The position numbers and the translations under genes are program-made. This document shows positions 1-9,541 of a stretch of DNA of 64,000 nucleotides, piece after piece. Positions within the stretch are counted from its first letter, which is position 1, and every line of letters begins with the position of its first letter. The notes beneath the pieces are model-generated. The model saw nothing but the letters and a program-made list of their open reading frames with translations, made no database searches and was not told where the DNA came from. This DNA comes from Chloroflexota bacterium (lineage in GTDB: Bacteria > Chloroflexota > Anaerolineae > JAAYEA01), in the NCBI GenBank assembly GCA_036841525.1, contig DAITVZ010000002.1:5693-69692 (forward strand). The letters are read 5' to 3'.

Positions 1-152
1 GCCGCATGTGCGAGGCTATCGGGCATCCCGTGCAGCGGCTCATCCGCGTGCGTGTTGGCCCACTCGAATTGGGCGACCTGCCCAGCGGCCACTACAGGTC
101 GCTGACCAGACCGGAAATCGACCAGCTCATGAGGATGAAGGAAAAGCCATGA
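1..152 (+). CDS. rRNA pseudouridine synthase (RsuA/RluB family), C-terminal fragment; 5' end lies outside the window
   Basis: Frame-3 translation ...IGHPVQRLIRVRVGPLELGDLPSGHYRSLTRPEIDQLMRMKEKP* resembles the conserved C-terminal tail of RluB/RsuA-type pseudouridine synthases. Its TGA overlaps the cmk ATG (ATGA). rluB-cmk adjacency is common. Confidence 0.5.
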   Translation, partial: RMCEAIGHPVQRLIRVRVGPLELGDLPSGHYRSLTRPEIDQLMRMKEKP

Positions 153-826
153 CCGTCCCACGCACCATCACCATCGACGGGCCCGCCGCTTCGGGCAAGA
201 GCACCATCGGCGCCCTGCTGGCCGAGCGGCTGGGGTACCTCTACTTTGATACCGGGGTCATGTACCGAGCGGCCACCTGGGCCGCCCTCGACCATGGCAT
301 CGACATCGCTGACGAGGCCGCAGTCAGCCGCCTGGCCGAGGAGCTGGTCATCCGCGTCACCCCGCCTACCGTGAACGATGGTCGGCAGTACACGGTCTAT
401 GCCGACGATGTGGACATCACCTGGGAGATCCGCAGCCCGGAGGTCACGAGGAACGTGTCGCCGGTCTCGGCCTATGGCGGCGTGCGCACCGCCTTGACTG
501 AGCAGCAACGCCGCATCGCCGGCCAAGGCGCCGTAGTGATGGTTGGCCGCGACATCGGCACTGTCGTGCTTCCCGAGGCCGACCTCAAGATTTATCTGGA
601 CGCGACGGTGGAGACCAGGGCCATGCGCCGCCACCTGGAGAACGTCGCCCGCGGCAACGCCAGCGACTATGACCAGGTTCTGGAAGATATGCGGCGGCGC
701 GACCAGATCGATAGCACCCGCGCCATCGCGCCCCTGCGCCCCGCCGACGACGCGATCATCATCGACACCACGGGCCTCGGCATCGAAGAGGTCTTGGCCA
801 AGATCGGGACGCTGGTGCAGCGATGA
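149..826 (+). CDS. cmk: cytidylate kinase
   Basis: N-terminal P-loop IDGPAASGKST and full-length CMP-kinase architecture (225 aa). ATG at 149; the tool ORF extends upstream in frame but has no ribosome-binding site. Overlaps the next gene by 4 nt. Confidence 0.9.
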   Translation: MTVPRTITIDGPAASGKSTIGALLAERLGYLYFDTGVMYRAATWAALDHGIDIADEAAVSRLAEELVIRVTPPTVNDGRQYTVYADDVDITWEIRSPEVTRNVSPVSAYGGVRTALTEQQRRIAGQGAVVMVGRDIGTVVLPEADLKIYLDATVETRAMRRHLENVARGNASDYDQVLEDMRRRDQIDSTRAIAPLRPADDAIIIDTTGLGIEEVLAKIGTLVQR

Positions 827-1572
827 TGCGCTTTCAGCGCTTCGCCAAGTCCGTTTTTCGCGCTCTCTGCCGGGTGCTGCTCCGCCTGGATATCACTGGG
901 CTGCAGCACGTCCCCCCACAGGGGCGGCTTCTCATCATGATGAACCACGTGCACTTTTTGGACCCCATCGTCGTCAGCGCGTTTATCCGTCGGGACATGG
1001 GCATCATGTCCAAGATCGAGAACTTCTTGCCAGTGCTGGGCTATCTCGTGAAATGGTACGGGAGCTTTCCGGTTCGTCGCGGCGAGTTCGACCTGGCCGC
1101 CATACGCGCTTCGCTGGCCTATCTGGAGTCCGAGCGCGGCCTGTTGATGGCCCCGGAGGGCACGCGCTCCAAGACCGGCGGGCTGCAGCCGGGGCTCGAT
1201 GGGCTGGCGCTCTTGGCGATCCGCGGCGACGCGCCCATCTTGCCCGTGGCGATCCACGGGCACGAGGCTTTCTTGGATAACCTCAAGCGCCTGAGAAGGA
1301 CCCCCTTCCACATGACCATTGGCCAGCCCTTCCGGCTGATCCTGCCCGAAGGCGCCGAAAACGGCAACGGCCAGAGGCGGGTGCATCTTCAGCGGTCCAC
1401 TCAGGCCGCCATGTACGAGCTGGCTCGCCACCTGCCGGAGGCGTATCGCGGCGTCTATGCCGATCTGGAGAACGCCCCGCAGGGCTATATCCAGCGCATT
1501 GCGCCGTCCCACGACTCCGCCTTTCGGCCCAAGGGCAGCCAGGCCGCCCAGCGAGAAGGGGTACGCCCGTGA
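823..1572 (+). CDS. plsC: 1-acyl-sn-glycerol-3-phosphate acyltransferase (PlsC/LPLAT family)
   Basis: HX4D acyltransferase motif (NHVHFLD) and PEGTRS block. ATGA overlap with the cmk stop, so translationally coupled. Confidence 0.8.
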   Translation: MMRFQRFAKSVFRALCRVLLRLDITGLQHVPPQGRLLIMMNHVHFLDPIVVSAFIRRDMGIMSKIENFLPVLGYLVKWYGSFPVRRGEFDLAAIRASLAYLESERGLLMAPEGTRSKTGGLQPGLDGLALLAIRGDAPILPVAIHGHEAFLDNLKRLRRTPFHMTIGQPFRLILPEGAENGNGQRRVHLQRSTQAAMYELARHLPEAYRGVYADLENAPQGYIQRIAPSHDSAFRPKGSQAAQREGVRP

Positions 1573-2888
1573 GACGCAGAGCCAAGACGGCGCATGATCC
1601 GGAGCGTTACGGCTTGGTCGAGTCCGTCGCGCTTGATGGAATCGCGGAGGAGATCGGCATCCGGCCTGGGGATCGTATTGTCTCGATCAACGGCCATGTC
1701 CTGCGCGACGTCATCGATTTCCAGTTCTATGGCGCCGACGAGGGCCTCACGATTGCCACGCTCCGGGACCAGCGCGAGATCGTCTACGAGGTCGAGCGGG
1801 ACCTGGACGAGGAGCTGGGAATCGAGTTCGCCGCCCCCACGTTTGATGGCATTCGCCGCTGCCGCTGTCACTGCTCCTTCTGCTTCGTGCATCAGATGCC
1901 GCCCGGCCTGCGTCCCACCCTCTATCTGCGTGACGACGACTATCGCTACTCTTTCCTCTTTGGCAACTTTATCACGCTGGCGAATCTGGATGAGCAGGAC
2001 TGGGCCCGGCTCGCCGAACAGCGCATCAGCCCGCTTTACGTCTCGGTGCACGCGACCGACCCGGCCTTGCGCGCCTCGTTGATGGGCACGCCCCAGGCCA
2101 GTGACGTCGTCGGGCAGCTCCGGCGGCTCGGCGAGCTGGGGATCGAAGTGCACACCCAGATCGTCCTGGTTCCCGGCATCAACGATGGAGAGGCTTTGAG
2201 CCGGACCCTGGCCGATCTCGCCGGTCTTTACCCCACCGTGCAGTCCATCGCCCTCGTGCCGGTGGGGCTCACGCGCTACCATCGCGAGGGGCTGCGCACC
2301 ATGGCCGCTCAAGACTGCGCCGATCTGGCGCAGGCCATCGCTCCCTATCAAGCCAGCTTTCGCGCGAGCCTCGGCATCGATCTCGTATACCTTGCCGACG
2401 AGATCTATCTGCAAGCGAATCTCCCCATCCCGCCCGCTGAGCGATACGACGAGTTCGCGCACCTGGAAAACGGCGTCGGGCTGGTGCGCTTGCTGCTGGA
2501 CGAGTGGGACGAACTTCGCCCGCAGGTCAGCGCTGCGCAACCATCGTCCGGGCGTGTGAGCGTGGTCTGCGGCGCCCTCATCGCGCCGGTCCTCGGCCGC
2601 ATCCTCGGCGAGCTGGCCGGACTCACGGGCCTCGACTACCACCTGGTTCCTGTCATCAACCAGTTCTTCGGCCCCGGCGTGACGGTGTCCGGCCTGCTGA
2701 CCGGGCAGGACGTCGTGGCTGAGCTGCGCCGCCAGGGGATCGGCGATCGCGTGGTGCTGCCGAGGATCATGTTCGACAGCCAGGGCGCCCGCACCCTCGA
2801 TGACCTCACGGTGGAAGGCCTTCAGCACGAGTTGGGAGTGCGCGTGGACCTCGCCTCAAGCCTGAACGAGCTGCTCGCGCTGCCTTAG
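1569..2888 (+). CDS. PDZ-domain / DUF512 family protein (radical-SAM-like Cys cluster)
   Basis: N-terminal PDZ-like segment (GIRPGDRIVSINGHVL) followed by a CRCHCSFCF cysteine cluster and the DUF512 C-terminal region. GTG start overlaps the plsC stop (GTGA). Confidence 0.65.
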   Translation: MRRRAKTAHDPERYGLVESVALDGIAEEIGIRPGDRIVSINGHVLRDVIDFQFYGADEGLTIATLRDQREIVYEVERDLDEELGIEFAAPTFDGIRRCRCHCSFCFVHQMPPGLRPTLYLRDDDYRYSFLFGNFITLANLDEQDWARLAEQRISPLYVSVHATDPALRASLMGTPQASDVVGQLRRLGELGIEVHTQIVLVPGINDGEALSRTLADLAGLYPTVQSIALVPVGLTRYHREGLRTMAAQDCADLAQAIAPYQASFRASLGIDLVYLADEIYLQANLPIPPAERYDEFAHLENGVGLVRLLLDEWDELRPQVSAAQPSSGRVSVVCGALIAPVLGRILGELAGLTGLDYHLVPVINQFFGPGVTVSGLLTGQDVVAELRRQGIGDRVVLPRIMFDSQGARTLDDLTVEGLQHELGVRVDLASSLNELLALP

Positions 2889-2896
2889 GGGATCAC

Positions 2897-4114
2897 ATGC
2901 GCATCGCCTTTGTCGGACCCTTCGGATTGCGACCCAAAGGAACCATGTCCGCTCGGGCGCTTCCCCTGGCGCGCGCTCTGCACCGTCGTGGTCACGAGGT
3001 CAGCCTCTTCCTTCCGCCCTGGGACTACCCCGCCGACGCAGGGCGCACTGACGAGATCAATGGCGTCCGGGTCGTCCATGTGCCGCTTCCCACGGCCCCC
3101 TCGCCCTTCTGGCACATGGAGATCACCCGGCGGCTCGTGCGCGCCGCGGTCTCCGATCAGGCGGAGGTGGCCCACTGTTTCAAGCCCAAGGCCTATGCGG
3201 GGCTGGCGGCCTGGGCGCTGTGGCACCTTCGGCGCGCGGGGCTGTGGCGCGGAGCGGTAGTGGTGGACAGCGATGACTGGGAAGGCGCGGGTGGCTGGAA
3301 CGAGACCGGCGATTACAGTCCCTTGCAGAGGCGCCTCTTTGCCTGGCAGGAATCCTGGGGTCTGCGCCATGCCGACGCGGTGACGGTAGCCAGCGCGGCG
3401 CTGCAGACCATCGTCTGGAGCCTGGGCGTTCCCCCGGCGCGGGTCCACTATCTGCCCAATGGAGCCGGCCCCGGCGGACCTGCCGCCTCGCCGTCGGACG
3501 CGCTGGCGTTTCGCCAGCGTCACTCCCTGGGAGATTCCCCGCTCATGCTCCTCTACACCCGTTTCTTCGAGTTCTCCCTGCAGCGCGTCGTGGAGACGCT
3601 CAACCAGGTGTGGCAGGCTGTGCCCGAAGCGCGACTGCTGATCGTCGGCGAGGGATTGAAAGGCGAAGAGCGTGCGATGCTTCGGCTGCTCGAGGAGCGG
3701 GGCCACGATGTGCAGACGGTGTACCTCGGCTGGGTGCAACCCGACCAATTGCCCGTCTGCTTTGCTGCCGCGGATGTGGCCCTCCATCCCTATGATGACA
3801 CCCTCATCAATCGCACCAAGTGCTCCGCCAAGTTGGTGGACCTCTTGGCCGCGGGGGTGCCGGTGGTCGCCGATTCGGTGGGGCAGAACGCCATCTACAT
3901 CCAGCATATGCGCACGGGGCTGCTGGCGCGGCCGGCCGACCCCACCGCGTTCGCTGCCGCGGTGGTCAGCCTGCTGAAGGATAAGGAGCTAGGCCAGCGG
4001 ATTGGTCGCGCAGCCCGGGAAGAGGTACACAGCCGCTATCACTGGGACCATCTGGCCTCGATCGCCGAGCGCGCCTACGCTTCCGCCACGGCTAGTCGGC
4101 CTTCCTCCAGATAG
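2897..4114 (+). CDS. glycosyltransferase family 4 (GT-B fold)
   Basis: GT4-like N-terminal Rossmann region and a C-terminal donor-binding region (...LHPYDDTLINRTKCSAKLVDLLAAGVPVVA...GLLA). ATG with ribosome-binding site 8 nt after the upstream stop. Last gene of the cmk-plsC-DUF512-GT4 operon. Confidence 0.75.
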   Translation: MRIAFVGPFGLRPKGTMSARALPLARALHRRGHEVSLFLPPWDYPADAGRTDEINGVRVVHVPLPTAPSPFWHMEITRRLVRAAVSDQAEVAHCFKPKAYAGLAAWALWHLRRAGLWRGAVVVDSDDWEGAGGWNETGDYSPLQRRLFAWQESWGLRHADAVTVASAALQTIVWSLGVPPARVHYLPNGAGPGGPAASPSDALAFRQRHSLGDSPLMLLYTRFFEFSLQRVVETLNQVWQAVPEARLLIVGEGLKGEERAMLRLLEERGHDVQTVYLGWVQPDQLPVCFAAADVALHPYDDTLINRTKCSAKLVDLLAAGVPVVADSVGQNAIYIQHMRTGLLARPADPTAFAAAVVSLLKDKELGQRIGRAAREEVHSRYHWDHLASIAERAYASATASRPSSR

Positions 4115-4137
4115 AGGCCGGCTTGCGCCACCGGCCT
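4115..4137 (+). terminator. hairpin directly after the GT4 stop (AGGCCGG-N9-CCGGCCT); no T-tract
   Basis: 7-bp GC stem immediately 3' of the TAG at 4112-4114. The downstream gene is convergent. Confidence 0.3.
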
Positions 4138-4165
4138 GAGCAGGAGCCCTAGCCGCGGTCTCGTC

Positions 4166-4444
4166 CTAAAACTGAAGCTTGCCAAAGAAGCGCAGAAAGA
4201 GCTGCGAGGCGCGCTCGCGGCCCTCTTCGGTGATCACGACACGGCCCCCCAGGCCCGGCGCCGCTATGTAGCCCTGCTCGTAGAGCCGGTCCAGGCAATC
4301 AGGATCCCAGTGCGGACACGTGCGCGCCACATGGTACTGCTTGCAGGTCTCCAGATAGAGGAACACCAGGGCCAGTTCATCATCGCTACCCGTAAAGTCC
4401 ATCCAACCTCCCAACCGGCCGGGCCCGGCGACATCATCCTTCAC
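4166..4444 (-). CDS. hypothetical small protein (92 aa)
   Basis: ORF MKDDVAGPGRLGGWMDFTGSDDELALVFLYLETCKQYHVARTCPHWDPDCL... transcribed divergently from the sensor kinase. No recognised family; codon usage is consistent with a real gene. Confidence 0.4.
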   Translation of the reverse strand: MKDDVAGPGRLGGWMDFTGSDDELALVFLYLETCKQYHVARTCPHWDPDCLDRLYEQGYIAAPGLGGRVVITEEGRERASQLFLRFFGKLQF

Positions 4445-4538
4445 GCCGCGTGATTCTAGGCCGGTTGGGCATAATAGTCAAGCAGAGAGCCTCGCACGCC
4501 CGCGGCGTCCCTCGCTGCGCCCGGGTTGCCCGTTCCGG

Positions 4539-4566
4539 TTGACAACCTTCCCCAAACGCCTATACT
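4539..4566 (+). promoter_or_regulatory. sigma70-like promoter for the hybrid sensor kinase (TTGACA-16 nt-TATACT)
   Basis: TTGACA at 4539-4544, 16-nt spacer, TATACT at 4561-4566. A GGGAGAGGT ribosome-binding site precedes the ATG at 4640. Confidence 0.5.
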
Positions 4567-4639
4567 CGCAACACTTTCCTTGGTATCCCGTCCAGTCCCA
4601 CGCGAGCTGGCTTTGCTCGCAGGGAGAGGTAGCCGAAAC

Positions 4640-7600
4640 ATGGGCAACTATCTGGTACTGGGCCTGTCGTTGGCCTTGCAGGCCTATGGCGCTGCGGTGA
4701 TACTCCGGCTGGTGCGGCGCTTGCAGAGCCGCACGCTGGCCTGGGTGGTGGGCATCGCCGCGCTGCTCCTGGTCGCCCGGCGGGTGGCCCTCTTCTGGCA
4801 GCCCCCAGCGCTCTCGTCCTCGCCCATTTGGGTGCTCCACGAGCTCCTGGAGCTGGCGGCATCCCTCCTGGTGGTCGCCGGGATCGCCTGGGCCACGCCC
4901 CACATCATAGCCACCAAGGGGTCACGCAAGGAGCTGCAGCAGAGTCGCGACGAGACCCAGGCCGTGCTAGACTCGATCCCCGACGCGCTGCTGAGCATCG
5001 ACGGCCAGGGGAAGGTCGTCAACTACCGCGCCCCGCGGTTGGCCGCCTCGCCGTTCGAGCGTCCCCTGCCGGGGCAACACGTCCAAGAGCTTTTCCCGTC
5101 GGCAGCGCACGGCCAGTTGCAGCGAGCGCTCCAGCAGGCGTTGCTGAATGAAGAGCCGCAGACCATCGAGTACACCATGCCGTCAGCCGGCGGTGCCCGC
5201 CACCTCGAGGCCCGCGTTACGGCCGCCGGAGCAGATAGGCTGCTCATCGTCGTTCGGGACGTGACGAACCGCGAGACGGACAGGCAGGCGCTGCGCACCC
5301 AGGCCGAGCGACAGGAACGGCTGCTGGCCACCGCCCGGCAGCTGGCTGGCAGCCTGGATGTGCACGAGGTGCTTGCGCGCATCGCCGCGGAGGCGCACAG
5401 CTTGTTGCATGCACACGGCTCCACGATCTATCTGCTCGCGGCGGATGGGCAGACCATGTTTCCCGTCGTGGCGATCGACCCCAACTATGAGGCTGAGGTC
5501 ATGGCCTCGTCCATCCGAGTCGATAGCAGCTTCACCGGCCTCGCGGTGCGCGCCAAGTCGGGGCTCATCTTCAACGACGCCGCCCATAATTCGGCTGGCC
5601 ACCAGATACCCGGGACCCCGGTGGAGCAGGAAGAGCGCATCATTGCTGTCCCTTTCGTTGCAGAGGATCGGGTGCTGGGCGCCATATGCGTGGACCGCAT
5701 CGGCACCATTTTTACCAGCGAGGATCTGTCGCTGGCGGAGGCCTTCGCCGCCTATGCCACTGCCGCCCTAAAGAACGCGGCCATGTACCAGGAGCTGCAG
5801 AAAGAGATGCAGGAGCGCCAGGCCGCAGAGGAGGCGCTGCGAGCGGAAAAGACCTACTTCCAGCAGCTCTTCGACAACTCGCCGGAAGCCATCGCCATCG
5901 TGGACACGGACTCCAGGCCCCTCCGCGTCAACAACGCTTTCACCGCCCTCTTTGGCTATCGGCAGCCGGATATCGAGGGCGTTTCCCTGGACGATGCGCT
6001 GGTCCCCAGCGAGCTGCGGGAGGAGGCGCGCGCCGCCACGCGACAGACGCTGGAACGGCGCGTCCTGTCCTTTGAGAGCGTCCGCCTGCGCCGCGACGGC
6101 ACTCCTGTTCAGGTCTCTATCCTAGCCACCCCAGTCGAGTTCGAGCACATTCAGGCCAGCTATGTGATCTATCGCGATATCACCGAGCGGAGAAGGACCG
6201 AGACAGCGCTCGACCTGGAGCGTCTCTACTTCGAGCAGCTCTTCACCAACACGCCGGAGGCCATCGTCTTGATGGAGGACGGCGCGAGGATCGTCCGCGT
6301 AAACCGCGAGTACACCCGGCTCTTTGGCTATACATCAGAAGAGTCCGTGGGCGGAACCATCATGACGCTGCTCGTGCCAGAGGACCGCAGGGCAGAGGCC
6401 CAGGTGGTGCGCGAGCGCGTCTACCGCGGCGAGACCGTGATGCTGGAGACGGTGCGCAGGCGCAAAGACGGGACGATGATCGATGTCTCGCTGATCGCCA
6501 CGCCGATACGGCTTCCGGACGGGACGCTGGCGCACTATAGCATCTACCGAGATGTCACCTCCCGCAAGCGTGCCGAGGCGGCTCGGCGAGAGAGCGAGGA
6601 ACGCTTTCGCATCATGTTCGACGGCGCCCACGACCTGATGGCCATCCTGGATGACCAGATGCAGCTCCTGTGGGCCAATCGCTCCTGGCAGGGCGTCTTT
6701 GGCTTCGCCGGCCCCAGCCAGCAGTCGGCGGCAATGGGCGCCATCGCCGAGGTCCGGGCGCGGACTGGCCGGGGCGAGCGGTCATTCACCAACATCGAGT
6801 GCGTGCAGCCCCTGGCCGATGGCCGCGTGGCCCATCTCGAAATCACCATGCGCCCCTTCCGGGCCGCGGGCCGGCCCTTCTTCTACCTGATCGCCCACGA
6901 TATCACCGAGCGCAAGCGCGCGCTGGAGGTTCAGGAGCGTCTGGAGCGCCACGAGCGCCTGGCCGCCATCGGCCAGCTAGCCGCCGGGGTCGCGCACGAC
7001 TTTAACAACCTGCTCACCGGCATCATCGGCTTTGCCGAGCTCTTGCGCCATGATCCGGAGCTCCCCGAAAAGATGCGGGAGGATGTCGATTCCATCTCGC
7101 AAGAGGGGCGCCGTGGCGCGGCCCTGATACGTCAGATCCTCGATTTCAGCCGCACGTCGCTGAGCGCCCCGAGGCCGCTGGACCTCCGCGTCTGGCTGGA
7201 AGAATTGGTCAGGTTCTGGGAGCGCACACTGCCCGAGAGCGTCACCATTCGCGCCGAGCTGGCCGCAACCGAGGCGACGGTGGTGGCTGATCCCATGCAG
7301 CTTCACCGCGCGCTCACCAACCTGGCGCTTAACGCGAGCGATGCCATGCCCAACGGCGGGCCGCTGACGATCCGTCTGTCCACCCTGTGCATCCCCACCC
7401 CTGACCCTGCGCCGATCCCCGAGCTGCCCCCCGGTCGATGGGCAGGCATCGCCATCAGCGACGCCGGGCAGGGGATGTCCCCTGAGGTGATCGCGCACCT
7501 CTACGAGCCCTTCTTCACCACCAAGCCGCTCGGTCGGGGCACCGGCCTTGGCCTGGCCCAAGTGTATGGCATCGTTCGACAGCACGAGGGCTTTGTGGGT

Positions 7601-8074
7601 GTCCAGACCGCGGTAGGGCAGGGCTCCTGCTTCACCATCTATTTGCCAGCGGCGCCAGATGCCTCGCATTCCGCCGCGGCTTCCGGCGCGGAGACCATCG
7701 AGCGAGGCGATGGGGAGACCATCCTGCTCGTGGAGGACGAGCCGGTTGTCCTCGAGGCCACGCTCCAACTGCTCGCCGCGCTAGGCTACAACGTCCTGAC
7801 CGCCCGCGATGGGCGAGAGGCTTTGACCGTCTTTGACCAGCACAGAGCCCAGATCGACCTGGTCATCTCGGACTGGGTGATGCCTTCGATGGGAGCCGCC
7901 GAGCTTTGCGCGCTGCTGCGGGAGCGGGATCCCGCAGTGCGCGTGGTTATCAGCACCGGCTACCCGCTCGGCGAGCAGGACATCGTCGCGCAGGGCCTCG
8001 CCGGCTGGGTGCAGAAACCCTTCCATATGCAGGACCTTTCCCAGACCGTGCGCCAAGCACTGTCCGGCCGGTAG
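4640..8074 (+). CDS. hybrid sensor histidine kinase / response regulator (TM, PAS, GAF, 3x PAS, HisKA, HATPase_c, REC)
   Basis: Three N-terminal hydrophobic helices. Repeated PAS cores (LDSIPDALLSIDGQG; FQQLFDNSPEAIAIVD; FEQLFTNTPEAIVLME; FRIMFDGAHDLMAIL). A GAF-like block. H-box LAAGVAHDFNNLLTGI. N/G boxes (NLALNASDAM, GTGLGLA). C-terminal receiver domain (ILLVEDEPVV...DLVISDWVMP). ATG at 4640 with ribosome-binding site. Confidence 0.85.
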   Translation: MGNYLVLGLSLALQAYGAAVILRLVRRLQSRTLAWVVGIAALLLVARRVALFWQPPALSSSPIWVLHELLELAASLLVVAGIAWATPHIIATKGSRKELQQSRDETQAVLDSIPDALLSIDGQGKVVNYRAPRLAASPFERPLPGQHVQELFPSAAHGQLQRALQQALLNEEPQTIEYTMPSAGGARHLEARVTAAGADRLLIVVRDVTNRETDRQALRTQAERQERLLATARQLAGSLDVHEVLARIAAEAHSLLHAHGSTIYLLAADGQTMFPVVAIDPNYEAEVMASSIRVDSSFTGLAVRAKSGLIFNDAAHNSAGHQIPGTPVEQEERIIAVPFVAEDRVLGAICVDRIGTIFTSEDLSLAEAFAAYATAALKNAAMYQELQKEMQERQAAEEALRAEKTYFQQLFDNSPEAIAIVDTDSRPLRVNNAFTALFGYRQPDIEGVSLDDALVPSELREEARAATRQTLERRVLSFESVRLRRDGTPVQVSILATPVEFEHIQASYVIYRDITERRRTETALDLERLYFEQLFTNTPEAIVLMEDGARIVRVNREYTRLFGYTSEESVGGTIMTLLVPEDRRAEAQVVRERVYRGETVMLETVRRRKDGTMIDVSLIATPIRLPDGTLAHYSIYRDVTSRKRAEAARRESEERFRIMFDGAHDLMAILDDQMQLLWANRSWQGVFGFAGPSQQSAAMGAIAEVRARTGRGERSFTNIECVQPLADGRVAHLEITMRPFRAAGRPFFYLIAHDITERKRALEVQERLERHERLAAIGQLAAGVAHDFNNLLTGIIGFAELLRHDPELPEKMREDVDSISQEGRRGAALIRQILDFSRTSLSAPRPLDLRVWLEELVRFWERTLPESVTIRAELAATEATVVADPMQLHRALTNLALNASDAMPNGGPLTIRLSTLCIPTPDPAPIPELPPGRWAGIAISDAGQGMSPEVIAHLYEPFFTTKPLGRGTGLGLAQVYGIVRQHEGFVGVQTAVGQGSCFTIYLPAAPDASHSAAASGAETIERGDGETILLVEDEPVVLEATLQLLAALGYNVLTARDGREALTVFDQHRAQIDLVISDWVMPSMGAAELCALLRERDPAVRVVISTGYPLGEQDIVAQGLAGWVQKPFHMQDLSQTVRQALSGR

Positions 8075-8123
8075 CACCCCTGACCGCACCGGCCTATCGC
8101 GCCTCTGCTGTGGACCGGGCCAA

Positions 8124-8151
8124 TTGACAGGTTCGGGCAATCGGGTATCAT
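8124..8151 (+). promoter_or_regulatory. sigma70-like promoter upstream of the MFS pair (TTGACA-16 nt-TATCAT)
   Basis: TTGACA at 8124-8129, 16-nt spacer, TATCAT at 8146-8151. Confidence 0.45.
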
Positions 8152-8245
8152 TGGCGCAGGTTCGAGCGTCCGTGATGCTCGGTAGCCCCCACTTTGGTGC
8201 CACGGAGGCACGCCTATCACTACCTATTGGCAGCAGCTCCGCGGC

Positions 8246-9487
8246 ATGCGCCGCGATGTCAAGCTCTATATGCTGGCCACCGCCGTGGCAGGGTTTTCGA
8301 TCCTGGAGGGCATCTATCCGGTCTTGCTCAATCTCTACCTGCTGCGGCTGGGCTATGGCGCAGCGTTCGTCGGCGTCGTCGGCGCCACTGGGATGCTCGG
8401 CTATGCGCTCTTTTCCTTCCCGGCGGGGATCGTCTCCCGGAGCATTGGAATTCGCCGGGGCTTGCTCTGGGGGCTCGGCATTGCCACCCTGAGCCACATC
8501 CTGCTGCCCGCCGGCGAGTTTCTGCCGCTGAGCGCGCGCGCTCCTTGGATTCTCGCCTGCTACCTTGTCGCCACCCTGGGCTTGTCGCTGTACTTTGTCT
8601 CGGCGGGGCCGTTTCTGGTGGGAGCCTCGCGGCCAGAGAACCGCAACATGGCCTTCTCCGCCCGGATGACCACCAGCATCCTGGCGGGATTCGTGGGCAG
8701 CCTAGCCGCCGGCGCGGCGCCAGGCTGGACCGCTGCCCTGCTGGGTCTATCCACAAGTGACCCTGCCGCGTACCGTTATCCCCTGATGGCGGCAGGCGTT
8801 CTCTGCCTCGTCGCCGTGGCGATGCTAACCACCACGAGCGAGGTGCAGGCCAGCGAGACGGCCCACGATGCGCAGGCCAGCCGCACAAGCTCCCGGGCCA
8901 TTGCTGTGCTCGTTGTCGTCATGTCCGGGATCGCCATGCTGCGCACCGCGGGCCTGGCCGCCTCGCGCATGTTCTTCAACGTCTACCTAGATGACGGACT
9001 GGGGATCCCCACTGCCCAGATCGGGATGATCTTCGCCGGGGTTCAGTTGGCCGCGCTTCCTGTCGCCATGGCCATGCCCGCGCTGGCTGCGCGCTTGGGC
9101 AGTTTTCGCGTCATCGTCGGCGGGTCGCTGGGCATCGCGGCGAGCATGCTCCCGCTGGCCTTGGTGCCCCACTGGCTGGCCGGAAGCATCGGCCGATTTG
9201 GCACCTACGCCTTCTCGGCCATCGCCGATTCGGCTCTGGGCGTATACCAACTCGAGATCGTGCCCGCGCGCTGGCGAGCCATCATCTCAGGGGCGGCCAC
9301 CACGGCGCTGGGCCTGAGTTGGGCTCTGGTCTCCTACCTGGGAGGCCGAGTCATCGCCACGGCCGGATTCCGGCCCCTCTTCCTGGCCACCGGCTTGCTG
9401 ACCACTCTGGGAACCTTTCTTTTCTGGCTCTATTTCCGCCGCCCTCGTGGCGAGTTTGCGGCGCAACACGCCCAACCAGGAGAGTAG
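8246..9487 (+). CDS. MFS transporter (12 TM predicted)
   Basis: Multiple hydrophobic spans and an MFS-like loop (GxxxDRxGRR-like: SRSIGIRRG). Start shown is the first ATG; a GGAGG at 8204-8208 plus an in-frame ATC at 8216 suggest a possible upstream non-canonical start. Confidence 0.75.
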   Translation: MRRDVKLYMLATAVAGFSILEGIYPVLLNLYLLRLGYGAAFVGVVGATGMLGYALFSFPAGIVSRSIGIRRGLLWGLGIATLSHILLPAGEFLPLSARAPWILACYLVATLGLSLYFVSAGPFLVGASRPENRNMAFSARMTTSILAGFVGSLAAGAAPGWTAALLGLSTSDPAAYRYPLMAAGVLCLVAVAMLTTTSEVQASETAHDAQASRTSSRAIAVLVVVMSGIAMLRTAGLAASRMFFNVYLDDGLGIPTAQIGMIFAGVQLAALPVAMAMPALAARLGSFRVIVGGSLGIAASMLPLALVPHWLAGSIGRFGTYAFSAIADSALGVYQLEIVPARWRAIISGAATTALGLSWALVSYLGGRVIATAGFRPLFLATGLLTTLGTFLFWLYFRRPRGEFAAQHAQPGE

Positions 9488-9541
9488 ATCATCGCTGGCT
9501 ATCTGAACACCCTCCGCCGCTTCAGTCGCGATGTTCGGCTG

